Assembly: GCA_022813865.1 (NCBI GenBank)
Contig: JALDZX010000085.1
Location: 1-61,503, forward strand
Direction of reading: 5' to 3'
Length of the DNA stretch: 61,503 nucleotides
Origin: Xylographa opegraphella
Lineage: Eukaryota
The notes beneath the pieces were generated by a model. That model was not told where the DNA came from. It was given only the letters and a program-made list of their open reading frames with translations, and searched no databases. Below are positions 41,741 through 56,024 of this stretch, in pieces. How positions within the stretch are numbered: the first letter of the stretch is position 1; each line of letters begins with the position of its first letter. A program made the translations under genes and the position numbers.

Positions 41741-44665
41741 TATAATTCGCCCGCCTATAAAAATTTCGACAATTAATTATATATCAATTAGCAACTAATT
41801 TTATACTAATAAATTTTTGATTATAAATAAACCTCTAAGTCGTTGATTAATTCGAGATTAATTAACGACGGTCGATGATTAATTATTTAATTAGCGATTA
41901 ATTTGTAATTGGTTAACGATTATTATAAACTTTTATCGAGGGCTCCTACAGTATAAATACAATTAAATAAATAAAAATTTAATAAAATAGTGAACTTCAC
42001 TATAATAGCGATAAAGAATTATTTGATAATATAATTTAATTTAACTTTATTTTTTATATAATTTAATTATAGTTTAATTTGTAATTTCGTAATTATAAAT
42101 TAAATATATAGAAGTTAACTGCGTAAATAAATCTATTTTAACTAATTAAATTAAAGTTATATTCGTTATATATTTAAATCTAAATTCAAAATATTAAATA
42201 ATATAAATAATAAAAAACCGTAAATAATGTATTGATTGACCATTTAAGCTATAATATTTAAATAAAAATTATTGCAATTTAGTTTTAATCGTAGTTGACT
42301 ATGATTGAAAATTTAATCTTTAAACTTTATTAGCTATTCTTTTATTGAAAAATAATAATAATAAAAATACAAGAATTATAATATATAGTTTTATATATTT
42401 ATCGGCGGGTAAAAAGTCGGTTCGAGGGGAAAATAATTGTAAAAAAACCAAATATAAAGAGAACATATTTAAAAGAGATTACTGCGAAAGAAGATTTTAT
42501 TTTATAGAAAATTTATTTCGAAAAAGGCTTAATTTTAAAAAAAATTTGATTGAACGAAGGCTTAATTTTAGAAAAGTTTTATAAAAAATTATTTAAATTA
42601 AAAAAAGGCTCGATAAACTATGGCCAGAATATTTATATAAAACATATATTCCGTTCATAATTTTTAATTTGTAATTATAAGGCCCGTTTTGTATAATTCG
42701 AATAATTAAATTATATTTTTTAATAAAATGAATAGAAGCGAATAAATATTTAATATTAATTTTTTGTCGCAGGAAAGATTTTAACGTAAAATAAATTGCG
42801 GCTTGTTGATTAATTATAAAACTTGCGTAAATAATTTAAAAAGTGATTGTCGTATCGTTAAATTGTAGGCAAATTTTAATAAATTAATACGAATCGGTAC
42901 GTAAATTCAAAATATAATAAAAATATAATAAAAATATAATAAAAATATAATGAAAAATAAAAAAAATTATTTATAACGTAAAGTATTAAATTTATATAAT
43001 TAAAAATATTAATATAATTTAAATTAAAGAATCGATACAATAGGCAAAAAGTTAAAATACAAAATATATAGTAAAATTAAAATATTTATCGATCTCGATG
43101 CGATTTATTATATAGTTTATTTAAATAATTAAAAAAACTTTTTTATTAAAAAGTTTAAAAATAGTTGTTATTCAATGTTTAATTATAAAAAGATTTATTT
43201 TTTTAAATAATAAAGCCAGCTTTTATACTGTTATCGTCGGGAATTTTAAATATAAATATTATTAATATTAACAGGGAAACCTAATGATAGTATATTAAAA
43301 TAGAAAAATATTTCGGCATTATAATTTTTAAAAAGTTTAAAATTATCGATGTAATAATCATCGAAATTATATTTACTATAATTATAATATAATTACCATT
43401 AAGCATCGTAGTAAAACTAATATAAATCTACGTACATTAATGATTAATTAAATATTAAATTAATTTCAATAGCGATTAAATTAATTGGAAATCAGAAATT
43501 CAGCGTAAATTCAATAATTTTAAAGTCGTTTTAAATCGTTTTAAACTTCTGAAATAATATTTAACCAATTGACCAGAGCTGAACCACAAAGAATTTTGTA
43601 AATATAATTATATTAAATTTTATAATGATAAAGTAATAATCGTTTAAAAATTTTAGTTTTAATTTTTAATTTATTTTTCGTATTATTAAAATCGCTAAAT
43701 TTATATATTTATATATTAATTCATATACGTAAAACAAAATTTATTATTACGTTATAATTAGTTGAATAATTTATAGTAGTATTTTGCGTATAAATTTGAA
43801 AGTAATAAAATTATATAAATTAATTAAAATTAAAAAAAATTCTACGATATTTTTACTTTCGCGGAGAAGCGTTTTTGGTAGTAAAATTATTTGATTTTAT
43901 ATTATGGTTAACAACCAAATACTCGGCAGAAATATAATATTTATCTAAATTATTTTTTAATCGATAATCACGCTCGTTATTCATTGAGCGTTTTCGCTTA
44001 TAAAAATTATTTATTTAATAAAATAATATTAATATTTAAAATGTTTCTCTAAATGTATTTTCAATTTCTCTATATTTAGGCGTTATTTACTTTCAGTTGA
44101 ACGTATTATTTACAAGCGTTATATTTATTTTCGTTTAAAATATAATTTATTTAAAAATTGCGTACCTTTACAATAATTTAAAAATAATAATAATAACAAT
44201 ATGATTTATTATTTTATTCGATAGCTTTAATTTATGAGTAATTTGAATAATTTAATTGTTTTATATTATATTATTTAATTATTTTTTAAAACTGTTAATA
44301 AATTCCCGAATGAATGAATTTAAATTGTAAATAAATTGTAATAATATTAATTTTTAAACGTATTTATGTCGATTTTTATATATTATTTTTGAGATTTTTT
44401 TAAAATAATTACAGAACGATTTTTTTTCTTTTAATAAATGATTATTAATGTTTTATTACCGATTTATTTCTAAATTTTAAAAAACGTATAAAATTCAAGT
44501 TGTTACAGCTACGGCTAAAAGCAGAGTAAATATAATATAAAGTAAAAGATTAATGATTTGCAGAGCCGAAAGCTTTGTTTATATATATATAAAATTTCCT
44601 AATTAAGTAGAAAACCCCTTGTTAAACAGCGAAATAAAGTAAAAGCTTTATAGCCAACCGGGCAG

Positions 44666-44666
44666 A

Positions 44667-44729
<63 letters not shown>

Positions 44730-44770
44730 ANNNNNNNNNNNNNNNNNNNNNNNNNNNNNNNNNNNNNAAA

Positions 44771-44829
<59 letters not shown>

Positions 44830-44830
44830 A
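44666..44830. repeat. (TAAA)n microsatellite inside the left LTR, spanning gap N 44731-44767
   Basis: Read directly; the partner LTR has only about 5 units. Confidence 0.95.
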
Positions 44831-46019
44831 TCAATCAATAAATCAAAGCTCTGCAGATTATAATTATAATAAATATTAATATTAAAATAAAAAAACTTTC
44901 GTTTTAAAAGTTTCGGCATACCCGTAAAACCTTTAAAGGTTTTTATTTATAATATATTTATTATTTCCTTATTTAACTCCTGATTCTTTTTTACCTTAAT
45001 AATTACCCTTTTTAAAAATGTTTAAAATCGTCTTTAACGATAATAAAAACAAAAAACTCGTAAATAACTCGAACGTATTTAATTAAAATAATAATTCTTT
45101 TATTAAATATTTTTAAAATTTGTACGCGGGTATTAATAATAAGCTATATTTTGTTTATTAATAATTATAAAATAAACTTACTAGAATTATTCTAAATTTC
45201 TTTTTATTAAATAAAACTTTTATATTTATTAAAATCGAAATGAGGCTCAGCAGTTTTTTTTATATACGTATATAATTTTAATTTCTAAATTCGATAACGA
45301 ATAGAAAAATCTTTCACGATTAATGTACGAATTTCGTATTCGAAAAAATTATTAATAAATTATATATTTTTTATAATTTATAAACCGAAGAAACCGTTAA
45401 ACGTATAGTTTTATATTTCGTAAATTTACAAATTTTTGATAAAGTAATCGATGATTAAATTTATTTCTATTATTATCGTAAAATAAACCTTCAAGCCTAC
45501 AAAAACTTTTTATACGTTATTTTTTTACAATTTATTTTAAATACAATTGCGCGAAAATTTATAAAATAAACGTATTAGAAAGAAATTCGATTACGGCTTT
45601 AACGATTTATTTAAAAGTTTTTTAATTATTATATTTTTTAAATTATACTATTATAACGACAAATTTGGTCGATTTAAAAAATAAAAAAATAAAATTTTCG
45701 TAATTTAATATTTATCGACCGTATATAGTTTTTAATGGTTTTCCACTTTTAAGTTGACGTTCATTTTTAATCAATAGTCGAATTTATTTTATTATGATTT
45801 AATATATTTTTCAATTAAAATCCTTTAATTTAATTTTAAATTTTGCCTTAGCTTTTCCAGCTTTTTTTATTTATAAAAACACCGTGAACGGGGTAAACGT
45901 TAATAATATATTATAATATATTATTATTAAAATTAATTAAATTTATATAGTTTTCGACTGAATTTTCTTCGAATAGCGCAAAATGTCGTTTCTAATTAAA
46001 AATTAAAATTAATTAATTA

Positions 46020-46610
46020 TAATACTTTCGACTGGAAAATCCTTAAAAAAATACAATAATAATTGAAGTAAAAGTAAAATAAAAGGTAATGTTAATTAAA
46101 AAAATATTCTCTAACTTTCGACTGAAAAATCTATAAAGCATACAATAGTAATTAAAGTAAAAGTAAAATAAAAAACAATATTAATTAAATGAATAATATT
46201 TCTAACGAATATTCCCCGAATAATATAGTTAAAACGCAAATATAGATTCTTTAGGAATTTAAAGCAAAAAATAAAAATAGAATACAATACATAATTAACT
46301 ATTTAAATATTTCGTAAAAAATACAATAATAATAAATCGCGCGGGGTAAGCAAATTAATACTATAATAAATAAATAAAAAAAATTAATGAAAATATAAAA
46401 AATAGGTAACGCAAGCTAAGAATATAAAATTTTATTTAAAATATAAAATTTTTATAATCATTTTAAATTCTAACTATTGAAACTGTAACCGCAATTATTA
46501 TTATTATTATAATTATCGTCGTATTATTATTATAATTATCGTCGTATTATTATTATAATTATCGTCGTATTATTATTACAATTATCGTCGTATTATTATT
46601 ATAATTTTTA
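46020..46610. repeat. Internal tandem duplications: ~90-bp unit x2 (46024-46190) and ~23-bp unit ATTATTATTATAATTATCGTCGT x4-5 (46495-46605)
   Basis: Read directly. Confidence 0.8.
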
Positions 46611-47234
46611 TTATTTAAAACCGTATCGCTAAAGTTTTTTTTTCGAAAAATTTATTAAATTTTTCATTATTAATTACTTAACGGCCTAATAAATTGATAA
46701 ATCTTTTTCGTTTTTTACCTATTGTTTTCATTTTAATTTTTACTTATATTTACTATTATTATTATTTAATCGTAATAATTTAAAGATAAACGAAAGCTGG
46801 TTACAGTTTACTACTCTATTTAAATTTAAAATATTAGAAATATAAATTTTTAATAAATTCTGTGCGAAAATTTTAGAATGTAATAAATTAGACGTAATTA
46901 TTATAAATATATTGATTTTACTGCTTTAAGAGCGGGCTCGGATATAATTTAATAATTAAATTTTCGAAAGAAATTTAAATAATATTTACGGCATAAAAAA
47001 TTGTTGAATATAAATAAATATAACGATAAGGCTAAAGCTTTTAAAGCTATAAAACATTGCGGCTATTATAACGCGAGTGTCGTTTACAATTCTTTATTTT
47101 ACTTTTAAAGTAAAAAATGTTTTAAATAGTAATAATAATTTAATAGCTACTATTTAAAAAAACAAGAATTAAAATTATTAAAAGTTTTCAGTAAATACGT
47201 TTTCGTAAAACAAAAATGGTTCCTTAATAATATA

Positions 47235-47350
47235 AAAAAATTAAAAAAAAAATTTAAAAAAAATTAAAAAAAATTAAAAAAATTAAAAAAATATTAAAAA
47301 AAAATTAAAAAAAATTAAAAAAAAATTAAAAAAAATTAAAAAAAATTAAA
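47235..47350. repeat. Low-complexity (AAAAAAATT)n tract
   Basis: Read directly. Confidence 0.85.
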
Positions 47351-50300
47351 TTAATTCTCGACTTTTATGTCCAGAAATTTAGTAAATAATATAGAAATGG
47401 AACGAAGGCAATCAAATAAAATAAATTAAAATTCAAAGTAACTAATTTATAAAGATAAAATAAAATAAAATAGAATTTATGTAACTAGTTAAAATAAAAA
47501 TAGAATTTATATAACTAGTTAAAATAATAATAAAATTCGAGAATATTCAACCAAAAAATTTACGAATTATTAAACTTAAAATAATTAATTTTTATCGAAA
47601 TTAATACGATAAAGCTAGTACAATAAAGTTAATATTATAATTAAAAATGAAATTATTAAAAACACAAATACTCGATAGAAAATTTAAATCGTACAAATTC
47701 AATAAAACTATTAAAACAAAATTATAAAAATACGAATATAAATTAACGTATTCAATAAAAGGGTTAGTTTAAAAAATCAATAGTAAAATTTCGAAAATAT
47801 TTTTATTAAATTATTTTAATATCGAGCTTATGAAAACGAATTTTTATCGCGGTTAATACGATAAAACTAATACGATAAAGCTAATATTATAATCAAAAAT
47901 AAATTATTAAAAACATAAATATTCGATAGAAAGTTCGATCAAATATAATTAACTTAGGCGGCAAAGTCTGAATTAGCATAAAGCGATTATGTTAATAAAC
48001 GTATTTCTGGTAAATTTTTAAAAGAAGTTAATGATTAAACAGTATTATTGTATATTACAACTACGATTAAAAGCAAAGTAAATATAATATAAAATAAAAA
48101 ATTAATAATCTACAGAGTCAAAAGTTTTTGTTTATGTATATAAAGTTTTTTAGTTAGGTAAAAAAAATTTATTAAACAGCGAAATAGGGCAAAAGCTTTG
48201 TATCCAGATACACGGGCAGATAAATAAATAACTAAATAAATAGATCAAAGCCCTGCAGACCATGATTATTATACAAATTTTATTTAATTAAAAAAATATA
48301 AATTTCGTTCGAAATTATTTTTTATTTTTATTAACTAAAAACCTCGAGTTTTTAATTTTATTATAAATTAAAGATTATTGAAACGGAATTCTAAAAACAT
48401 TTGTAACCTTTCAAATCGCCGTACGATATTAATGATTCGAAGATTTATATGGATAAAATAATAAGGTAATAAAATTAAATAATTTTTTAAATAATTTTCT
48501 GTTTTCAAATAATAATACTCGAGTACCTAAATTTTCGATGTTTAAAAAATTAATTAAAAGTTCTTTAAAAACTGTAACAAAAATATTCGTAAATTATTAA
48601 AAAAGATTTTAAATATATTGCATAATTATATTTTGTTATTTATTGAAGTATTCTTGAATTTTATTAATGATACAGTAAATTATACTTCTAAACAAATTTA
48701 ATTTAAATTAATTCGCGAAGCGCGGGTACCCGGGTGTGTATTATTAATAATATATATTTTAATACAAATAAATATTTATCGAAATTCGATATTATAAATT
48801 TATTAATGTAAAATAATTATATATATACGTCATGTAAATAAATAATCGTTTCGAGCTTCTTCGAAAGCATTTAATTTATCGTTATTAAATTTAAAAATAT
48901 TCGCTAAATTTAAATTCAAAAGCTTTTAAATATAATCGTAGTATAATACTTCGAGCGATTTTTTAATACGATTTTTTCGCTTAAAAATAGTTTTGCAGTA
49001 TATTTATCTCGTCGTCAATTACAAAGTCAAATATAATCATTTTATTTTAAATTTATTTAAAAAGTAGCGGCAGTTTAGATACGTATCGAAGAAGGTATTT
49101 ATGCGAAAAAAACGTAAATGAAAAAAACGAAAAAATAAAAAAAATACACTTGGTTGACAAAACGATCATTAGAAATAATTTTATTATATAAAATATAAAA
49201 TTTGAACTTGAAATGCAATACTATATATATATTAAACTTTTTGAATAAAAAGCCACGATCAAAATGCCAGTAAATAAAAATCACGTTGAAAATACGAGCA
49301 GAAATCGACAGGCCAAACGCCAGTATAAACCCTGTATTTTCAATTTTTAATCGATAAATTTAATATTATTTAAAAACAGTTTAATTTTTAATTTTATTAT
49401 TATAGAATATATCGCCGCGTTTGGAATATATTTAACAGTAAATTTAATCTTTATTAAAACTTTAACTTTATTAATTCGTCGATAGAATTCGTTTTTATTA
49501 TACGCGTATAATTTTCTATTCAATATAAATATTTTTCGATATTTTTCTTATTTAACGATCAGATTTCGTAATTTATTGAATATGAATTTAGCGAAATTAG
49601 CTATAAAATTACTATTCAATTTTTTATGAAATTTTATCGTTGTTTCACTTTATTATTAGAATCTCGTCGATATTATTCATATTTTTTTAAAATTTTATTT
49701 TATAATAAACGATTTTTTAAAAATTTAACCCTTTTAAACTGAATTCGATTTACTAACAATTTATTAATTCTTTTGAATAATTTATAATAAATTTTTTACT
49801 TATAAAGTACTTTAATATTTATATTTAATATTTGATTTTAATCATTAAAAATAAATATTTCGTTTAAAATTACGATTGCGATTATTTTAATAAATATTTT
49901 TAGAAAATAAAATTGAAAATTGAAACTCGAAACGATTATATTAGTTATAATTTAAATCGTTTTTTAAAACGTTATTCGATAAAAAATATTTAAATTATTA
50001 AAAACTCGCTTCTTATAATATAAAGGGAAAACTCCTTATTTAATCTTTAAAATGTTAAATCGAGCTCGTGTTATATCTATATATATTGATTATATATCAA
50101 AATTCTTTTTATCGCTCGTATTATAAAGTATAAAATATAAAGTGGCGTTTCATTTATTAATCTATTTGTTTATCGATTTATTTTTCTGCCGACCTGTCTG
50201 CCTGCTTGTATTTAAACGTGATTTCTGGCTGCTCGTATTTTAAACGTGGTTTTTTATTTAAAAAATTTAATATATATATAATTAGAAATTTGCGGGTTTG

Positions 50301-51340
50301 AACCCTATTTCTTAATTTTAATTTAATAAATTAAATACGTTTTGTAATTCGAGCTCAAATTTTTATATTTTACATATTAAAATTATTTATCATAATCGCT
50401 CGGCCAAGCAAGTATATTTCTATTTTGTTTTCGCTTCGCCTTTATCGCTTACGTTTACTTCGTATAATATTACCCTCGATACGTATTTAAACTGTTACTA
50501 CCTTTTTAATAAACGCAAATAAAATAATGATATTTAATTTTATAGTCGACGACGAGGTAATTATATTATAAAACAATTTCTTCAAAAAGATATTTGAAAG
50601 AAATCGTTCGAAACACTACGATTACGTTTAAAAGCTTTTAAATTTAAATTCGATAAATATTTATGAATTGAATGATCATAGCGATAAATTGAACATTTTT
50701 AAAAAAATTTAAAAAAATTTAAATAAATTACGCGTATAAATATTGTTAATATTGCTTAATCAATTTAATCGAAATTTAATTATAAAAATCGTTTATTTAT
50801 ATTACATATTTTATATACGATCGTTTTATATTATTAAATTTGTATTATTAAATCTCGATAAATATTTATTTATATTAAAATACGTATTATCAATATATAC
50901 TCGAGAATTTGCGCTTCGCGAAATAAATTTAAATCGAATTCAATTTAAAATATAATTTACTATATAACCGGAAAAATTTAAAAAATATTTTAATAAATAG
51001 CGAAATATAATTACGCAGTATATTAGATTTTTTTTATATTCTACGAATATTTTCGCAACGATTTTGAGTTTCACTTATATAGTTTAATCAAGGATCTGAG
51101 TTGAATTCGTCAATAAATAAATAGAAAAGCACAGTAATAAATTTATTATTTTTAAAAAGATAATAGTCTTCGTATAGAATTGTATCAAAAATTCTGATTT
51201 TATAAAATAAATGATAATGTAAATTGAACACGCCTTTTACAATAAAAAAACTTTTTATTTACATAAAATTTTATTTAAAATACTCTTAATACCTCGAGTG
51301 CCCCTAACCCTAAATATCGAGGGTATTAAAAATATTAATT

Positions 51341-51992
51341 CATCAGCAAAAAGAATTCTTGCTTAAAATTCAAGGTTTTACAGGCAGAACAAAAAGTATG
51401 CTTGTTGCGCATTTAACACGTTTAGCACGTTCAGTATAAAAAGCAAAAGATTTTACTTTTCATTCTTTTAGTAAGTATTTTTGCTATATTGAAACTACGT
51501 ATAAAATACGTTTTTAATACGTTTTCAAAATATAGCTAAAAATAATGAAAAATAACTAAAAATAGATCAAATTATAAAGTTTTAAATTAACGGGTTTTAT
51601 TCGTAAGTATTCGCTAACGCTGTAACTTTACGAATACTCAACGTAATTCAAAAAACTTGACGAATTTGAACTTTTACGTAAAATTGGCCTAGTTACGTAT
51701 TTATATTATTTATATAAATTTAGTAGAAGGCCTGCTTAAAGGAATTTAAAAAAAAATTCGAAAAATGTTTTTTGCTTAGTCAGCTTTTATCTATTTTAAA
51801 TATTTTTTAAGCGAATTGACCATTTTGGAACATTTTTTTAATTTTTTAATTTAATAAAAAAGTTGCTGAACGTGTTGAATGTGTTGAATGTGTTGAATGC
51901 GCAAAAAGCATACTTTTTGCATGCAGCAAATTTGCTTTTTGCGCAAAAAACATACTTTTTGATCGAATTTTCGTTTTTCCTTTTTGCTGATG
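51341..51992. mobile_element. MITE / non-autonomous TIR DNA transposon (652 bp) inserted in the Gypsy-3 3' LTR
   Basis: Perfect 13-bp TIRs CATCAGCAAAAAG / CTTTTTGCTGATG. Subterminal inverted repeats 51390-51436 / 51864-51919. The LTR resumes at 51993 matching 57949 onward. Apparent 2-bp TSD (TT). Confidence 0.88.
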
Positions 51993-52139
51993 TTCGAAAT
52001 ATATTTCGAAAATTAGTTCTTTTAAGCCTAGTTTACCTTACAAAAATTGAAATTATAATATCAATTTTTTTTAATTTCTGATCCCTAGAACTTTTTATTT
52101 TTTTATTATAAATAAGTTAAAATGTTAAATTATATTTAT

Positions 52140-52600
52140 TGTAAATTATAAGCGCAAAAGATTCGCGACAAAAAATTGTTATAATATATTTTTATAATCG
52201 TTGCCTAAAAACCGATTTATTGTATTAAATTTCGTTAAATTTTAATTTATATATTTATTATGTCGAGGCTAATTCTTTTTATTTTTTTTATTTTTTTAAG
52301 GTCGACTGGCGAAAAATTAAAAAAAAACGATAAATAAAACTTTAACGTATAAAATTTCGAAAGAAAATTATTCGTTTCTGCAAAACAGTTTAAAAGGCTA
52401 AAAAAAATTTAATGAAATTTAGCTAAAATTAGCCTAGCAAGAATTTAAATTTATTTATTTACGAAAAAAAAGGCTTTTTGAACGGGAAATATTTAATATT
52501 AAAACTTTAAAAAAAATTAACGCAAAAAGATCGCAGATTTTATTAACGATTCTTTTAAAATTATTTTTCAATTCCTTCGAATCTTTATTCCTTGAATATT
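52140..52600 (+). pseudogene. Antisense ORF relic in Gypsy-3 with Zn(II)2Cys6-like spacing followed by a coiled-coil-like segment
   Basis: 52193-52282 reads Y-NR-C-LKTDLL-Y-*ISLNFNL-Y-IY-Y-VEANSF-Y. Restoring TAT to TGT gives CX2CX6CX8CX2CX6C. It is followed by VDWRKI and a K/R/E-rich stretch. Confidence 0.6.
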
Positions 52601-53894
52601 TTAGGTTTATTTAACAAAATTTTCGAAAAAGTTCCTAGTAGTTTTTAAAATTAGTAAGTAATTCCTATGTATTATTTAATTCGAGATAATTTTTCTATTT
52701 GATCAAATAATTTTGACCTTGTTTATTCAGATTTTTTTTATTTCGAATTCCTGTTCCTTTTTTTTGTTATAACGAAAAATTGTTTATAACGAAATATTAA
52801 AGTCCGCTAATTTTAATAGAAAAAATATAAAATATTAAATATATTTTTACATTTTTAAACAGATCGAGAAAGTAGTTAATTAATTTTTTAACTTGCTTTA
52901 TCAAAAATAATTCGATCTTATATAATTAAGTTTTTTTATTTAATTTTTTATTAAACAATAAACGTTTTCTAAAAAAAATATACTTTATTGACTTTTTTAG
53001 CTAAAGTTTATTCTTCGATAATTTAATTTTTATAATTATTTTTCGCTTTATCGGTATTAAATTCTGTTAATGATTTTTTAAGTATATTTAAATGTCTTTT
53101 AAATTTGTAAAAAGATATAAAAACAGTTATTACGAATTATTTATTATTTAATATTAATTATTTTAATAACAGTAATAATATTTAATTATTCTATTTAAAA
53201 TTAATATAGTATTTTAAATAAATCTTAAATTTTAATTTATTCTTTTAGTTTATCCGTCAGTTTGCAGATAATAAACTATTTTTTTTAATTTAATTTTCAA
53301 TTTAAATATTAGAGTTTTTGAAAAATTATTAATAAATTATTTATTTCGATTTAATATTATTTTTATGAAGAATTCATAGTTTTATATTAATCGATTTAAT
53401 ATTAAAAATGCTAATTGCTCTGCTATATATATTTCTTTAAAAAATATAATAATAAAGTATTGAATAATTTTATTTACTATTATTATAATGGAATTATATA
53501 GTGATTTTAGAACAGAATTTTTAGATTTTAGTAATTTAATAATAAAATCTATCGAAATTTATTTTTATAGTAATTTTATTATTTTAATAAATTAAATATT
53601 TCTATATGTCGTATACCTTGTTGACTTATTCTTTTGGCATAATATATATTTTGTAATATACGCATTGATATATTTTTTTATAATTAGAAAATTATAACTT
53701 CTTTTTATAAATTCTATTGTTTTGGAAACTTTTAAATAATTATTTATTAATTTGTTATAATAATATTTCTTTAGTTTTCTTGTTAATAAATTTTTAAATC
53801 TTTTTTTATAATTTTTATTTTAAAAGCTACGATTTATCATATTAAAATTAGTACGTCTTAATCGTTCAGCTTTAACAATATTTTATTTAATAAT

Positions 53895-53970
53895 TCTCTA
53901 TTTATAATTTTCTATTTATAATTTTCTATTTATAATTTTCTATTTATAATTTTCTATTTATAATTTTTCT
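53895..53970. repeat. 14-bp tandem repeat (CTATTTATAATTTT)x5 within Gypsy-3 pol
   Basis: Read directly. Confidence 0.85.
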
Positions 53971-56024
53971 TATATTAAACGTATTTACTCTTCTATTTTT
54001 TCAAAGTATAAATAATTTTAAATTTATTATATTCATTTTTTGTTAAATACTTTTATCGTAGTAAAATTTATTAAATTTATATAATTCGTATAAATCGTAA
54101 ATTTTAGATAGTTTTAATATATATTTTTTAATTTTATATAAATATTATTATTATAAATAGTTTTTTATTATAAATATCGTAGTTTTATTCCGATTACGAC
54201 TTTTTTACATAATATACAACGAAATACTATTTTTTATTTTTTATTTGCAATGAATATATATTAATAATGAAATATAATATATTAATTTTTATTTTGATAT
54301 TTTTTTATTTAAAAAATTATTATAACTAATAATTTTATATAATTTCTTTTAGAATATTAAAAGCTCGTTATTAATTTAAATTTCATTTAAAGCTTATATT
54401 TTTATGTACCAATTTTATTAAGGGTATCGCATTTTTTAAATTATTTTTAATAAAAATTCTATTAAAATTTGTAAAACCTAGAAATTTTAAATCTTTGTTA
54501 TGATTATTAATTAAAATTATTTAAATATAGTTCGTATTTTTTCCCAATTTATTTTAATTTCGTTTTTATTCATCACAAATATAAGGAAAACTACTTCGTT
54601 TTTATTAAATTTATATTTCTGTGATTTAAAAAATAATCTTATTTTCTTTGAATATATAAGTATCTTTTAATATTTATTATATACATATATTACATATTTC
54701 TTTATTAATTTTATGTAAATAGATATATTGTTTGAAATCAACTATTACTATCAAGTTTGAATGCGCTTTTAATAAGTTGTTAATTAATGTTTAATAAAAA
54801 ATTAATATATTAATTAACTTAAAAAATATGATTGAATATTTATAGTATTTATATTCATTTCGAAACGCAGTTTTTTATTTTTTATCTTTTTTTATCTTAA
54901 TTAAATCATATACGTTTTTAAGCTTAAGTTTAATAACAATATTTGCTTTATTATATTGATTTTGAATTTTACTAATTTCTAATAATAAGTATCGATTTTC
55001 AATAATAACATCATTCAGCTTTCGATAATCGTTATAAAAATTAATTTTCTTTCTAAATATATATATTATAGAATATTCTGTCGAGAATTTTATATTTTAT
55101 ATAAATCCTTTTTTTAAACTTTTATTAATATATAAAACTCTCGAAGTTTTTTTATTATATTATATATAAATTCGAATATTAGTTTTTTTTAAATTCGAGA
55201 TTAACCTTGTAGTTTTAAAATTAATATTCAAATAAAGCGTTAACCCCCCCTTTTTTTTAAAAAAAAATATATCTACGTTTTATATTTTTTAGGGATATCA
55301 AAAGATACTTTTTAAATTTTGATTTTATTAATTTTTGTTAATACGTATCGAGTCGAGCCCTCGAGTAAAATCGTTTTTATTTAGATATAATTTATTTATA
55401 ACTTCGATCGATTTTTATTTTTTATATTTATTATTGTTCTTTATTAATATATTTTTTTTATAAATATTTTTTTAATTTAAAAATACGTTGTATTTAATTT
55501 GTTAAATTAAATTTAAAATAATATAATACCTAGTTGTAATAATTATATTAAAAATTCTTTTTATAATACTAATAAATAGCGATAAAAAATATTTTATATA
55601 TAGTTTTTTCCATAATCCGTCGGTTATTATTATTTAAATTGAGCTTAAAATTAAAAATTCGAAGCCGCAACTCTCCCCGAAAAGTATCGAATATATAATT
55701 TAAATTAATTTTAATATTTAATATTACGATTGTTCGATAATTATTTACCTTAATCGAAAATTTTATAAAATTTATAAAATTTAATTTTTTAGTATATTCT
55801 AAAATATATTATATTAATCTTTACATATTTTTCTACGATATATAAAATTATTCTTTTCCCTGCTTAATATAATCGTCAATTTCTTGGATTTCTATATATA
55901 TTAGATATTTTTTATAAAAAATATTATTATTATTATTATAATTAATTTCCGCAGTTTTTTCTTTTTAAATTAATTTTATATATAATAAATTTATAATAAA
56001 ATTCTTGTATATACTCTGGGAATC

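Larger units (their letters stand above)
44501..48273 (+). mobile_element. Non-autonomous LTR element with no recognisable pol
   Basis: Direct repeats 44501-44871 (TGTTACAGCTACGG...) and 48053-48273 (TATTACAACTACGA...). TSD CAAGT/CAAAT. The interior of about 3.2 kb is rich in tandem duplications. Strand inferred only from TATA/AATAAA order. Confidence 0.82.
43600..49333 (-). mobile_element. Unclassified repeat, left copy of an inverted pair (43600-44500 + 48274-49333), split by an LTR insertion
   Basis: Its reverse complement aligns to 50170-51070 and 58017-59170, e.g. GAATAACGAGCG.GATT, CCGCGAAAGTAA, GCGCTTCGCGAA. The inner end reads TA-CAGGG on the minus strand. Confidence 0.8.

Noticed and set aside
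44666..44830. LINE 3' (TAAA)n tail
   Set aside because: Sequence on both sides of the array is shared with 48053-48273 and bounded by a TSD, so it lies inside an LTR.
50285..50345. tRNA T-arm/B-box-like GCGGGTTTGAACCC in a ~60-bp indel of the right inverted arm
   Set aside because: No cloverleaf or A-box can be built; too short to call a tRNA or SINE.
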